From positions 1 to 38,415 of the IMG/VR virus record IMGVR_UViG_3300027769_000065: a DNA stretch of 38,415 nucleotides, one strand, 5' to 3'. The position numbers and the translations under genes were made by a program. How positions within the stretch are numbered: position 1 is the stretch's first letter; every line of letters starts with the position of its first letter. This DNA comes from a virus (taxonomy: Duplodnaviria > Caudoviricetes). Shown here piece by piece: positions 9,179-16,878 of the stretch. The notes under the pieces were generated by a model. The model was not told where the DNA came from. It made no database searches and saw only the letters and a list, made by a program, of their open reading frames with translations.

Positions 9179-9313
9179 TCAGCTGATGCCGTCATACATC
9201 TTCTGCGCCTCGAAGCAACGCTTGCAATTGCAACCGTCGATAGCTTCGTCAGGAGCAGCTTCTGTGTGAAGTTCAGCCATACGGATGAACTCCTGAAGCT
9301 CTGAGTCGGTCAT
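9179..9313 (-). CDS. 44 aa peptide with CxCxxC motif
   Basis: Translated by hand MTDSELQEFIRMAELHTEAAPDEAIDGCNCKRCFEAQKMYDGIS; AAGGAGG RBS; own promoter motif. Confidence 0.7.
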   Translation of the reverse strand: MTDSELQEFIRMAELHTEAAPDEAIDGCNCKRCFEAQKMYDGIS

Positions 9314-9386
9314 GTTCACCTCCTTCCAGGAGTTGTAGTGTGAATAGAGTCACGGGCATATTTATATAATATAACGTAAGTAACAC

Positions 9387-9671
9387 CTACTCCCCAAAGG
9401 GAGCAGGCATTACTGGAAGTACAAACGGATTTACACGCTCTTGAGCAAGAACGGCAAAACAAGTGTTTGCAACAAGACTAACGATGGAAAAGGCATGCTG
9501 AGGCGAAACGCCCTTAGCAATTGCCTCTGCGCCGCAGAGTTCCACAATAGCTCCAAACAAGAATTCTTGTTCATAAGAGCTAATGGAATCAGAAGGATTC
9601 AAGTCCAAAGACATGAGTTCACTGACATGCTTAAGTGCAGCAGTCTTATCCCAATCGTAAGAATCTAACAT
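9387..9671 (-). CDS. Hypothetical protein, 94 aa
   Basis: AAAGGAG RBS, cassette promoter at 9715. Confidence 0.75.
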   Translation of the reverse strand: MLDSYDWDKTAALKHVSELMSLDLNPSDSISSYEQEFLFGAIVELCGAEAIAKGVSPQHAFSIVSLVANTCFAVLAQERVNPFVLPVMPAPFGE

Positions 9672-9795
9672 AGCAGTCTCCTTTCACGAGACTTAAGAGC
9701 AGACAGGATTGTCTACATAGACATATTTATATAATATAAAATCCACAGAGCTACCACCCGAAGGTGGTAGATGTGGGAGCTGGAGGCGCTAAAAA

Positions 9796-9987
9796 CTAGC
9801 GCTTACGCCTTGGTGTAACAGCAGCTGTAAACGCAGTTACAACTGTGATTCCAGCCAATGTGGCGTCAGCAGTCTTAAGTGCAGCTCGCTTAGCGATTAC
9901 ACTTGACTTGCTGGTAAAACGACTCATTGCGAGTCGAGTGTTGGTACCAGCATTGTGTGCACGAATGTGCAGCTCTTCATGTTTCAT
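9796..9987 (-). CDS. Basic Ala/Thr-rich protein, 63 aa
   Basis: AAGGAGG RBS, cassette promoter at 10019. Confidence 0.7.
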   Translation of the reverse strand: MKHEELHIRAHNAGTNTRLAMSRFTSKSSVIAKRAALKTADATLAGITVVTAFTAAVTPRRKR

Positions 9988-10055
9988 GTCAACCTCCTTA
10001 GGTTGTGTAGGAAATGGAGCATAGAGATATTTATATAAATATAATAATCGGAATG

Positions 10056-10211
10056 AAAACTCCTACAAAACCCTCTACAAGGGGTAATGAGGAGTAATCA
10101 AACTTAGCCTATTCAGGGCAGCCGTTCCTAGATCAATCCCGTCAGGGAAACGTTGTAGCGTTCTAGGAACTCAAATGTAAACCCAATAGGCAGGGTGTGC
10201 ATACATCTGGC
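10056..10211 (-). ncRNA. Candidate structured small RNA (cassette with no RBS-led ORF)
   Basis: Promoter motif at 10210, then nested stems, a possible pseudoknot, and a terminator-like hairpin (10059-10095) with a short U run. Confidence 0.5.
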
Positions 10212-10243
10212 ATAGAGATATTTATAGGATATAAATGTAATTA

Positions 10244-10323
10244 ATCTACTACCCACACAAGGTGAGTAGTAGATAGTGATTTGATGCGCGACACCATCGA
10301 GAAACTGTACGGTAATACAGTCC
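10244..10323 (-). ncRNA. Candidate small RNA of about 80 nt (three hairpins, no RBS)
   Basis: Promoter motif at 10322; stems 10304-10321, 10283-10298, 10244-10274. Confidence 0.4.
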
Positions 10324-10358
10324 ATAGAGATATTTATAAAGTATAAATGTAGTTAAAT

Positions 10359-10475
10359 CTACTCTCCTAAGAGAGTAAATTCAACAGTGCAATCATAACA
10401 ATCGCACCACTCTTCATGAGAAGGGTGTTGCTTTTGTTCGAGTTGCTGTTTAATGAAATCATGTGATTCGCACAT
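10359..10475 (-). CDS. 38 aa peptide with CxCxxC motif
   Basis: Translated by hand MCESHDFIKQQLEQKQHPSHEEWCDCYDCTVEFTLLGE; AAAGGAGG RBS. Confidence 0.65.
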   Translation of the reverse strand: MCESHDFIKQQLEQKQHPSHEEWCDCYDCTVEFTLLGE

Positions 10476-10546
10476 GAAAGCCTCCTTTCAAAGAGTAATA
10501 AGGCAAAGATATATTTATAAAGTATAAAAAAAATGGAAGAAGAGCC

Positions 10547-10720
10547 CTAAAAGGGCTCATCTCCCCAAACGTTAAAATTGTCATCAAGGACAATCTTAGG
10601 TTCAAAGTCTACCGAAACAAAACCGGTAGAATCCAAATAATCCTGAATGTCACCATTGACATAATGGAATTCGGGTTCACAAGAAACCCAATTTCCTACT
10701 TCTTCAAGATAAACACACAT
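10547..10720 (-). CDS. Highly acidic 57 aa peptide ending GDEPF
   Basis: Translated by hand; AAAGGAG RBS; 13 D/E against 1 K and no R. Confidence 0.7.
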   Translation of the reverse strand: MCVYLEEVGNWVSCEPEFHYVNGDIQDYLDSTGFVSVDFEPKIVLDDNFNVWGDEPF

Positions 10721-10813
10721 GCCAGTCTCCTTTCACGAGAATAATACGGCAAAGATATATTTATATAAACCAACTAGCAGCACCCCCCTCCAGGGGGAAG
10801 AGGGGGGAACTGA

Positions 10814-10930
10814 CTAGCGGTGTTTGCGGGTGTAATCGACCGCGACCATCAAGGCCACGATCAAGGCCACCACGCCAGTGACCTTAAGGTTCATGGAAAG
10901 AACCTTTTTGTATGCCTGCCAATACGACAT
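10814..10930 (-). CDS. 38 aa single-TM peptide (start moved to MSYWQ)
   Basis: AAAGGAG RBS before ATG 10930; VTGVVALIVALMVAV helix. Confidence 0.7.
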   Translation of the reverse strand: MSYWQAYKKVLSMNLKVTGVVALIVALMVAVDYTRKHR

Positions 10931-11028
10931 AATGTCTCCTTTCAAGACAGGAATAAAGGCACAGAGATATTTATATAGATATAAGGTAGGTAAGCGTAGT
11001 CCCCCGAAGGGGACCACACTTACTTTAA

Positions 11029-11253
11029 TTAGACGAGCAAGTCGTCGTGCTGGTGCTGGTACGGAGCCAGACCAGTGTTTTCCTTCGCATCACGAAGGTG
11101 GACCTGTGCAGCAATCTCACTGTCACGGATGTAACCCATGATCTCAGTGATCTGCACATCAAGCGCATGACGCTTGTTGGTCAACTTGTCCAGTTGGATG
11201 CTAAGCTCCCAAACGGACATCTGATTAAGGGCCTTCTTACGAAAGCGTGCCAT
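11029..11253 (-). CDS. Coiled-coil protein, 74 aa (start moved to MARFRKK)
   Basis: AAGGAGG RBS before ATG 11253. Confidence 0.75.
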   Translation of the reverse strand: MARFRKKALNQMSVWELSIQLDKLTNKRHALDVQITEIMGYIRDSEIAAQVHLRDAKENTGLAPYQHQHDDLLV

Positions 11254-11386
11254 GATAAACCTCCTTAAGGTTGTGTAGGGAAATGGCATAGATATATTTC
11301 TAATATAATAATATATATCAATATAAAGTTAATTCGCCCAAGGTCCCCCGAAGGGGACCCTGAGCTATGGGACGAGCCTGCTATGA

Positions 11387-11578
11387 CTAGCGGCTTGCCT
11401 TGTGGCCTTCTGCAAGACCTTTCGCAGCAGCGACTGTACCTGTCACAGTGACATAGGTAGCCTTTGCTACTGCAAATTCAGCCTTACCCGTGAGTGTACC
11501 TACTTGCTTGCCCTTATTGCGGCATGCGTTGAGGAACTCTGGTGTTGCTGCGTACTTGCTTACTTTCTTTGTTGCCAT
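11387..11578 (-). CDS. Basic Ala/Lys-rich protein, 63 aa; first cassette of the array
   Basis: GGAGG RBS, promoter motif at 11610. Confidence 0.75.
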   Translation of the reverse strand: MATKKVSKYAATPEFLNACRNKGKQVGTLTGKAEFAVAKATYVTVTGTVAAAKGLAEGHKASR

Positions 11579-11629
11579 GATCGAACCTCCAGTTCGTGTT
11601 GGGAATGTGGCATAGAAATATTTATAGGG

Positions 11630-11673
11630 TATACCCTGGTGGGCGTGTTAAAAATATAACACTACAGGGTATA
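11630..11673. repeat. Inverted repeat at the divergence point
   Basis: TATACCCTG (11630-11638) / CAGGGTATA (11665-11673) with inner GTGTTA / TAACAC. Confidence 0.6.
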
Positions 11674-11851
11674 ATAATCATTACCCCCTTATATTTTTTC
11701 CCATATTTCACTTATTTAAGAATTTATATACCCTTATATATGTTCACATATCGTTCAGGTCAAAAAATTTTCCCCCCAATAAAAACACATATAAACTTTT
11801 ATACGTTTATAGAGGTTACCAAAAAAAATCCAAGAAATATTGCTCTACGAG

Positions 11852-11880
11852 TTGCAAAGAGACAAACACTCTGATAGGTT
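11852..11880 (+). promoter_or_regulatory. Putative host sigma70-type promoter
   Basis: TTGCAA - 17 nt - TAGGTT with TG extension, upstream of 11926. Confidence 0.5.
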
Positions 11881-11925
11881 TCTGTTCGTCATAAACAACC
11901 GATACACACAACAAGGAGAAAACAT

Positions 11926-12096
11926 ATGACAAACAGGAAAATAGGTCCCGCCAAAGATATAAATTCAGAGGAACTCTACGATATGTCTGATATAGAAGAT
12001 ATCTATCAATCAGCTTTCAGCTCATATGGCTCAAAAGATGCTGATTACGACTATGTAGACTTCGACGTAGACAACTATGCTTACGAAGGCTACTAA
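11926..12096 (+). CDS. Acidic Tyr/Asp-rich peptide, 56 aa
   Basis: Translated by hand; AAGGAG RBS; ends DADYDYVDFDVDNYAYEGY. Confidence 0.7.
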   Translation: MTNRKIGPAKDINSEELYDMSDIEDIYQSAFSSYGSKDADYDYVDFDVDNYAYEGY

Positions 12097-12145
12097 AATT
12101 ATCTCTTTACACCCTAACAATGCCAAACATATAAAAGGATTTGAT

Positions 12146-12751
12146 ATGAATATAAATGAAATGACAGAATTTAAGTCTATAACAACAATAAACTCACACT
12201 TCTTACTAGGATCAGAAAAGTTATTCATTAACCCAATGAATAATTTCAGTAATCAATTTAAATATGATCACTCTATTATCCTTATCGAGTCACATGATAG
12301 AAATACCATGACTGAAGAAGAGATTAGAGTTAAGACTAAGCGCTATAACAGGAATTTAGCTATACATTGGGATATTAAATACAAGTCTAGGGTTTTTGTT
12401 GGGCTTGAGCAGGATTGTTCCTACTTGTTTGATCTCTATACTAACCATGGAATTACTTTTGATGCGGCGGTTTTAATCAATTTTGATTTAAACAGCGTAA
12501 ATATCAAAAAAGATATAAAAGATCATACAAAGATATATAATTTTTACAATAATAATAAAAACTTTACAGACAGTAAGTTAGCTCATGTAAATCAGAGTAT
12601 TCCAACAAGATTGTCTCCGTCTTTTAGCAGACGCTTTGCACTTGAGACAGCTGGAGTGTTAACCTATGACACTTATGGCTTGTTACAAATGACCCAAGAC
12701 ACACCAAGTGAATACAAAATGATTCAAGATGAGTTTCTTCTAGTAAGCTAG
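12146..12751 (+). CDS. Hypothetical protein (start probably MNINEM, ORF extends to 12077)
   Basis: Long AT-rich ORF; AAAGGA precedes ATG 12146. Confidence 0.7.
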   Translation: MNINEMTEFKSITTINSHFLLGSEKLFINPMNNFSNQFKYDHSIILIESHDRNTMTEEEIRVKTKRYNRNLAIHWDIKYKSRVFVGLEQDCSYLFDLYTNHGITFDAAVLINFDLNSVNIKKDIKDHTKIYNFYNNNKNFTDSKLAHVNQSIPTRLSPSFSRRFALETAGVLTYDTYGLLQMTQDTPSEYKMIQDEFLLVS

Positions 12752-12754
12752 ATA

Positions 12755-13075
12755 CTACAAAAGGTCATCTAAGCCGTCTTCTGGGTTCCAGTCTTCGGCT
12801 GAGATGATCATTTGTTTAACATCTTCAGGACTAAGTCCTCTTACTATGGCTTCTGCGTCAGTTCCCATCATCTCTGCAGTTTCTAGTACCATTTCCCATT
12901 GTTCTGGCTTAAAGAAGCTAATGGTCAATTTACTCTCATCGTCTTCTGCGTGAGCTGTAATAACATAGTTATACATCTCTATCATGTCTGGATCATATTC
13001 CATGAGCTGATCCATTGTTTCCGGCTCAACATCATCACCACGTATTATCTTCTGAATCATTTCCCAAAAGTTCAT
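12755..13075 (-). CDS. Acidic hypothetical protein, 106 aa
   Basis: GGAG RBS; strongly D/E-rich. Confidence 0.75.
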   Translation of the reverse strand: MNFWEMIQKIIRGDDVEPETMDQLMEYDPDMIEMYNYVITAHAEDDESKLTISFFKPEQWEMVLETAEMMGTDAEAIVRGLSPEDVKQMIISAEDWNPEDGLDDLL

Positions 13076-13184
13076 GGTGTCTCCATATCTTTATCTAGCA
13101 TAGATAGTACCCATATTTTATAGGGTACAGCTATCTAATTTGTTAAAAAATAAAAAATAATTTTTGCGCGGAACGTTTGAAGGG

Positions 13185-13364
13185 TTAGAATGAACGATTC
13201 TTTATCTTTTGTACGTAAAGATCAACCTGATCTAAATGATCATTATCAGGATTATGAAAATCTTTTACGTTTAAGGTAGTGATTGTATTGAAATCATTAG
13301 GATTAAACAAACGCCAATCGTCATGATTGTAGTAATTCTCTATATCTTTTAGATTAATTTCCAT
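13185..13364 (-). CDS. Hypothetical protein, 59 aa (start moved to MEINLK)
   Basis: The upstream part of the tracked ORF is better explained by the Zn-ribbon gene in another frame. Confidence 0.55.
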   Translation of the reverse strand: MEINLKDIENYYNHDDWRLFNPNDFNTITTLNVKDFHNPDNDHLDQVDLYVQKIKNRSF

Positions 13365-13521
13365 TTTTTGTATCCACTTCTTCGATCCAGCTGTCACCGC
13401 ACTCTCTGCAGTGAACAGCATATTTTTCTTGGGCTCCATTTACCGCTAATGTATTAACTGTAAAATTTGTTGGGTACGGGCATTCGATGCACGGCTCAAT
13501 CTTGGGTAATCTTGCTTTCAT
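13354..13521 (-). CDS. Zinc-ribbon protein, 55 aa
   Basis: Translated by hand MKARLPKIEPCIECPY...HCRECGDSWIEEVDTKNGN; overlaps the recA 3' end. Confidence 0.7.
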   Translation of the reverse strand: MKARLPKIEPCIECPYPTNFTVNTLAVNGAQEKYAVHCRECGDSWIEEVDTKNGN

Positions 13522-14488
13522 TTTCTACCCTTAACTTAAGTTGTTCGAATAACTTCTGGTCATCTTTGAGTTTACCAATTGCATTCTCTCTACCTTGAGC
13601 AAAGTTTTCACCATCAAGGAAGATCCATGCACCTTTTTGAGTAAAGATACCCATTGATAATGCTAGATCCATGATTGATCCGTACTGATCAACACCTTTT
13701 CCATAATAAATATCAAACTCAGCAATCTTTAAAGGTGGAGCCATCTTATTCTTGATAACTTTAGCCTTTACCTTAATGCCAATTGAGTCACCTTCTTTGT
13801 TCTTAATATCTTCCTTCTTACGAAGATCGATTCGAACAGAGGCAGCATATGGTAATGCGCGCCCACCTGGTGTTGTTTCTGGATTTCCAAACATCACACC
13901 AATCTTCATTCTAATCTGATTGATAAAAACAATGAGTGTTTTATTATCATTTGCCAATGCAGTAATCTTGCGCAGTGCTTTTGCCATCATTCGAGCTTGC
14001 AAACCCATTTGATTAGCATCCATTTCACCTTCTAATTCCGCTTTTGGAACTAGTGCAGCAACTGAGTCAACAATAATGAGACCGAGTTCTCCAGTTTTTA
14101 CTAACTTATCAACAATTTCTAGTGCTTCTTCACCATAATTTGGTTGAGCAAGTAGTAAATCATCTAAATTAATACCTAAATCCATCATGTAAGCGGGATC
14201 TAGTGCATGCTCAGCATCAATATATGCGCAACGTAAACCCATTCTCTGAGCTTGTGCAACAAGTGATAGCGAAATTGTTGACTTACCAGATGATTCTGGT
14301 CCATATATTTCAACAATTCTACCTCTTGGTAATCCACCAATTCCTAAAATTCTATCTAGGGTTGGTGCTCCAGTCGATATTGCTGGCCAAGTTTGTGTTT
14401 GAGCATTACCTAATTTCATTACTGTGCCAACACCAAATTGCTTATCAAGCAAAGCGATGGCCATATCTAACGCTTTTGATTCTTCCAT
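13496..14488 (-). CDS. recA: RecA recombinase (bacterial type)
   Basis: GGLPRGRIVEIYGPESSGKST (Walker A), IDAEHALDP, IIVDSVAALVPKAELEG, FINQIRMKIGVMFGNPETTPGG, KNKMAPP. Confidence 0.97.
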   Translation of the reverse strand: MEESKALDMAIALLDKQFGVGTVMKLGNAQTQTWPAISTGAPTLDRILGIGGLPRGRIVEIYGPESSGKSTISLSLVAQAQRMGLRCAYIDAEHALDPAYMMDLGINLDDLLLAQPNYGEEALEIVDKLVKTGELGLIIVDSVAALVPKAELEGEMDANQMGLQARMMAKALRKITALANDNKTLIVFINQIRMKIGVMFGNPETTPGGRALPYAASVRIDLRKKEDIKNKEGDSIGIKVKAKVIKNKMAPPLKIAEFDIYYGKGVDQYGSIMDLALSMGIFTQKGAWIFLDGENFAQGRENAIGKLKDDQKLFEQLKLRVENESKITQD

Positions 14489-14495
14489 ATGTGTA

Positions 14496-14687
14496 TTATA
14501 CCATAGTTTCTTTTAAGGGTTTTCTTAACGCCGACTCAACTTCTTTGATCTTTTCAATTAATGCTTTTTGCAGTTTTCTGTATTCAATTCTTGATTCATT
14601 ATCCAAACCTAACTGCGCTTGCTTTACTTTTTCAAGCGTTGCATATAGTTTGAGTAAATAACTTTGATTGACAATATTCATATACAC
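14496..14687 (-). CDS. Small helical protein, about 63 aa
   Basis: Directly upstream of recA, same strand. Confidence 0.6.
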   Translation of the reverse strand: MYMNIVNQSYLLKLYATLEKVKQAQLGLDNESRIEYRKLQKALIEKIKEVESALRKPLKETMV

Positions 14688-14758
14688 GTTTCGTTTCTGC
14701 TTGCTGATATACTTGGACGGTACATTATACAGAAGTTAAGCATTGAAAGTGAGTCATT

Positions 14759-14914
14759 GTGGCAAGAAATATTGACGTAGATAACGATTACAGAAGAGCA
14801 GCATATTTGTTAAAGGAAAAAATTAACACTGCAGCTGATTTAGTAAAAATATGGTCATATGCAGGGCCTTGTTCTGAAAACTGTCCATCAATAGAAAAAA
14901 TTTCAAGAAAGTAG
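14759..14914 (+). CDS. Possible 51 aa protein
   Basis: Translated by hand from GTG; fills the gap; weak RBS. Confidence 0.4.
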   Translation: MARNIDVDNDYRRAAYLLKEKINTAADLVKIWSYAGPCSENCPSIEKISRK

Positions 14915-15099
14915 AAAAATTTCTTGATTTTTTTTGACAGATCTGGTTATAATGTCTCTAAGGGGAAAACAGAAATTAGAGAACATTATTATCTGCTTCT
15001 CTTAGTGAAGAGAATCTCCTACCAGTTTCTCCAAGAACTTGCTGAACGAAGCATAAATAGGTTACTATATAATGCATCACCATATGTAAAGTTAAGGGG

Positions 15100-16534
15100 G
15101 TGATGATGAAAGTTTATCAAATCTATGTTCCTGAGTTAGCAACTTATATAAAATATAAGGTTTTGAATCCAGAAGATATTGAATCATTAGTTGAAGAGCT
15201 AGATGTAAAATCTCCTAAGGATTTTAAACTTGCTGTACTGGAACATGTAATTTATAATGTTAAATCAGATGTAACTGATGCCCTGCGTCAGATGTCTCGT
15301 GATTCAGCAGAACGCTGTATAGACGCAATGTACAACGGATGCGTAATGCTTAACCCCCGGATTAGATATAGATCTTTGGATAGATTTAGCTTATGCCAAA
15401 CTTCCGCCGTCTAATTCTTTCGATAAAGATTTTTCTGCTATAGAATCTGAATTAGCTAAAAGATATAAAGATACTATCTTAAATAAAGATTCAAAGAGAA
15501 ACAGTTCCAGTAGAAATAAGTATAAAAAAATTTCTAGACAAAAATTTCTTGGTTTAGAAGATCATTTACTAAGTAATGTTATAGGTCAGGAAGAAGCTGT
15601 AACTTCTGTAGTGTCAGCACTAAAAAGATCTCAGGTTGGCTTAAATGATAAAAACAGACCTTTGGGTATTTTCTTATTTGCCGGATCCTCTGGAGTTGGA
15701 AAAACTCACCTAGCAAGCACATTGCATAAATATTTATTTAGTGAAGAGTATCCAATGGTGAGAATAGACTGTGGAGAATTTCAGCATAAACATGAAAACC
15801 AAAAATTAATTGGTTCTCCTCCCGGTTATGTTGGCCACGATGAAGGTGGTCAGTTGGTAAATCTAGTTAAAAAAAATCCTCATACAGTCGTATTGTTGGA
15901 CGAAGTCGAAAAAGCACACGCCGATATGTGGAATACGTTTCTTAGAGTGTTTGAAGATGGCGTACTTACGGATGGCAAGGGCGAAGAAGTAAGCTTTCTT
16001 AATACTGTTATAATAATGACCACTAATTTAGGCAATGAAAAAACAGTTGATTACCTACTTAGTGGCGGAACTGGATTTGCTAAAAATATAAACTTTAAAA
16101 CATCAACCACACAAATGCCAGAAAAAGAAATGGTTGAAAAAAATACTTTAGATGCAGTGCGCAAGCATTTTAGACCAGAATTTATAAATAGATTAGATAA
16201 AATTATTGTATTTAATCATTTAAATAGAAGTAATTTAGAAAAAATAGCAGAATTAGAAATGTCTATTATCATGGATAAACTTTCTAAAAAAGGTTATAGT
16301 ATAAACTACACTGATGAAGTTATCTCAGCACTTTTAGACAAAGGTGTAGATACAGTGAAGGGAGCTAGAGGTTTAGCTCAAATTCGCAGAGAAAAAATGG
16401 AAGATCAACTAGCTGATATTTTAATTAAGTCAGCTCCACCACGTGGAACCATATTTGAGATATCTTATAAAGACGAAAATGATGATTTTATATTTACCCT
16501 TAAGAAACCTTCAAAAGCAGCAACTATCGCTTAG
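15100..16534 (+). CDS. ClpA/ClpB-family AAA+ ATPase with a single D2-type domain; +1 frame change at CGGA 15358-15361
   Basis: Joined frame reads LEDHLLSNVIGQEEAV...RPLGIFLFAGSSGVGKT...LIGSPPGYVGHDEGGQL...LLDEVEKAH...FRPEFINRLD...GARGL; about 477 aa joined. Confidence 0.85.
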
Positions 16535-16575
16535 TTTAATTACTATATAATTAGATTCTAATTGTAGGAGAAAGT

Positions 16576-16866
16576 ATGTACGGATCACTAGGGGCAAGAG
16601 CTAGTAAGGCTACAGCTGGCATGGCTAGAAGTGTAGCCAATTATGGTCGACGAGCAGACTCATATGGAGGCAAATTACTTAGGGGTGCCGACTTGGGAAC
16701 TAGAAGAGGTCAAGCTACTGCAATGGCTGGATCGGCAATTGGTAGAGCGGGAAGATATACAAATTCAAATCCAAGACAAGCAATGGGTATTGCAGCTGGT
16801 GTAACTGGAGCTGGAGCTTACGGAGTTAATCGTCGTAGGGGTAGCCAAAACTACCCAATGTATTAA
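16576..16866 (+). CDS. Gly/Ala/Arg-rich small protein, possible internal virion protein
   Basis: AGGAG RBS; ends NRRRGSQNYPMY. Confidence 0.75.
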   Translation: MYGSLGARASKATAGMARSVANYGRRADSYGGKLLRGADLGTRRGQATAMAGSAIGRAGRYTNSNPRQAMGIAAGVTGAGAYGVNRRRGSQNYPMY

Positions 16867-16878
16867 AGGGGATAAGAT

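Larger units (their letters stand above)
7595..11626 (-). promoter_or_regulatory. Array of about 15 conserved AT-rich promoter-like motifs, one per cassette
   Basis: Plus-strand core GCAnAGAnATATTTATA near 8399, 8766, 9066, 9350, 9715, 10019, 10210, 10322, 10503, 10749, 10959, 11286, 11610; weaker at 7595 and 8117. All intergenic and in the same orientation; where the cassette has an ORF, the motif lies about 30-50 nt upstream of its start. Confidence 0.8.

Noticed and set aside
10128-10325. Tracked 65 aa ORF
   Set aside because: Its ATG is part of the promoter motif, it has no RBS, and it crosses a hairpin and the next promoter. A leaderless start cannot be fully excluded.
7595-11626. CRISPR array or integron attC array as the explanation for the repeats
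   Set aside because: Repeats are degenerate, spacing is irregular (110-520 nt), and most intervals hold RBS-led ORFs. No cas or integrase gene is in the window and I see no attC-type ends.
8399-11626. TATAAATA core equals the T4 late (gp55) promoter
   Set aside because: The match is real, but the motif is longer, precedes non-structural micro-genes, and the structural genes use a different motif. Identity with the T4 system is unsupported.
1748-11874. Plus-strand ORFs in the left arm, and minus ORFs such as 7506..7784 and 6914..7120
   Set aside because: Antisense or alternative-frame overlaps of RBS-supported genes, or read-through of regulatory DNA.
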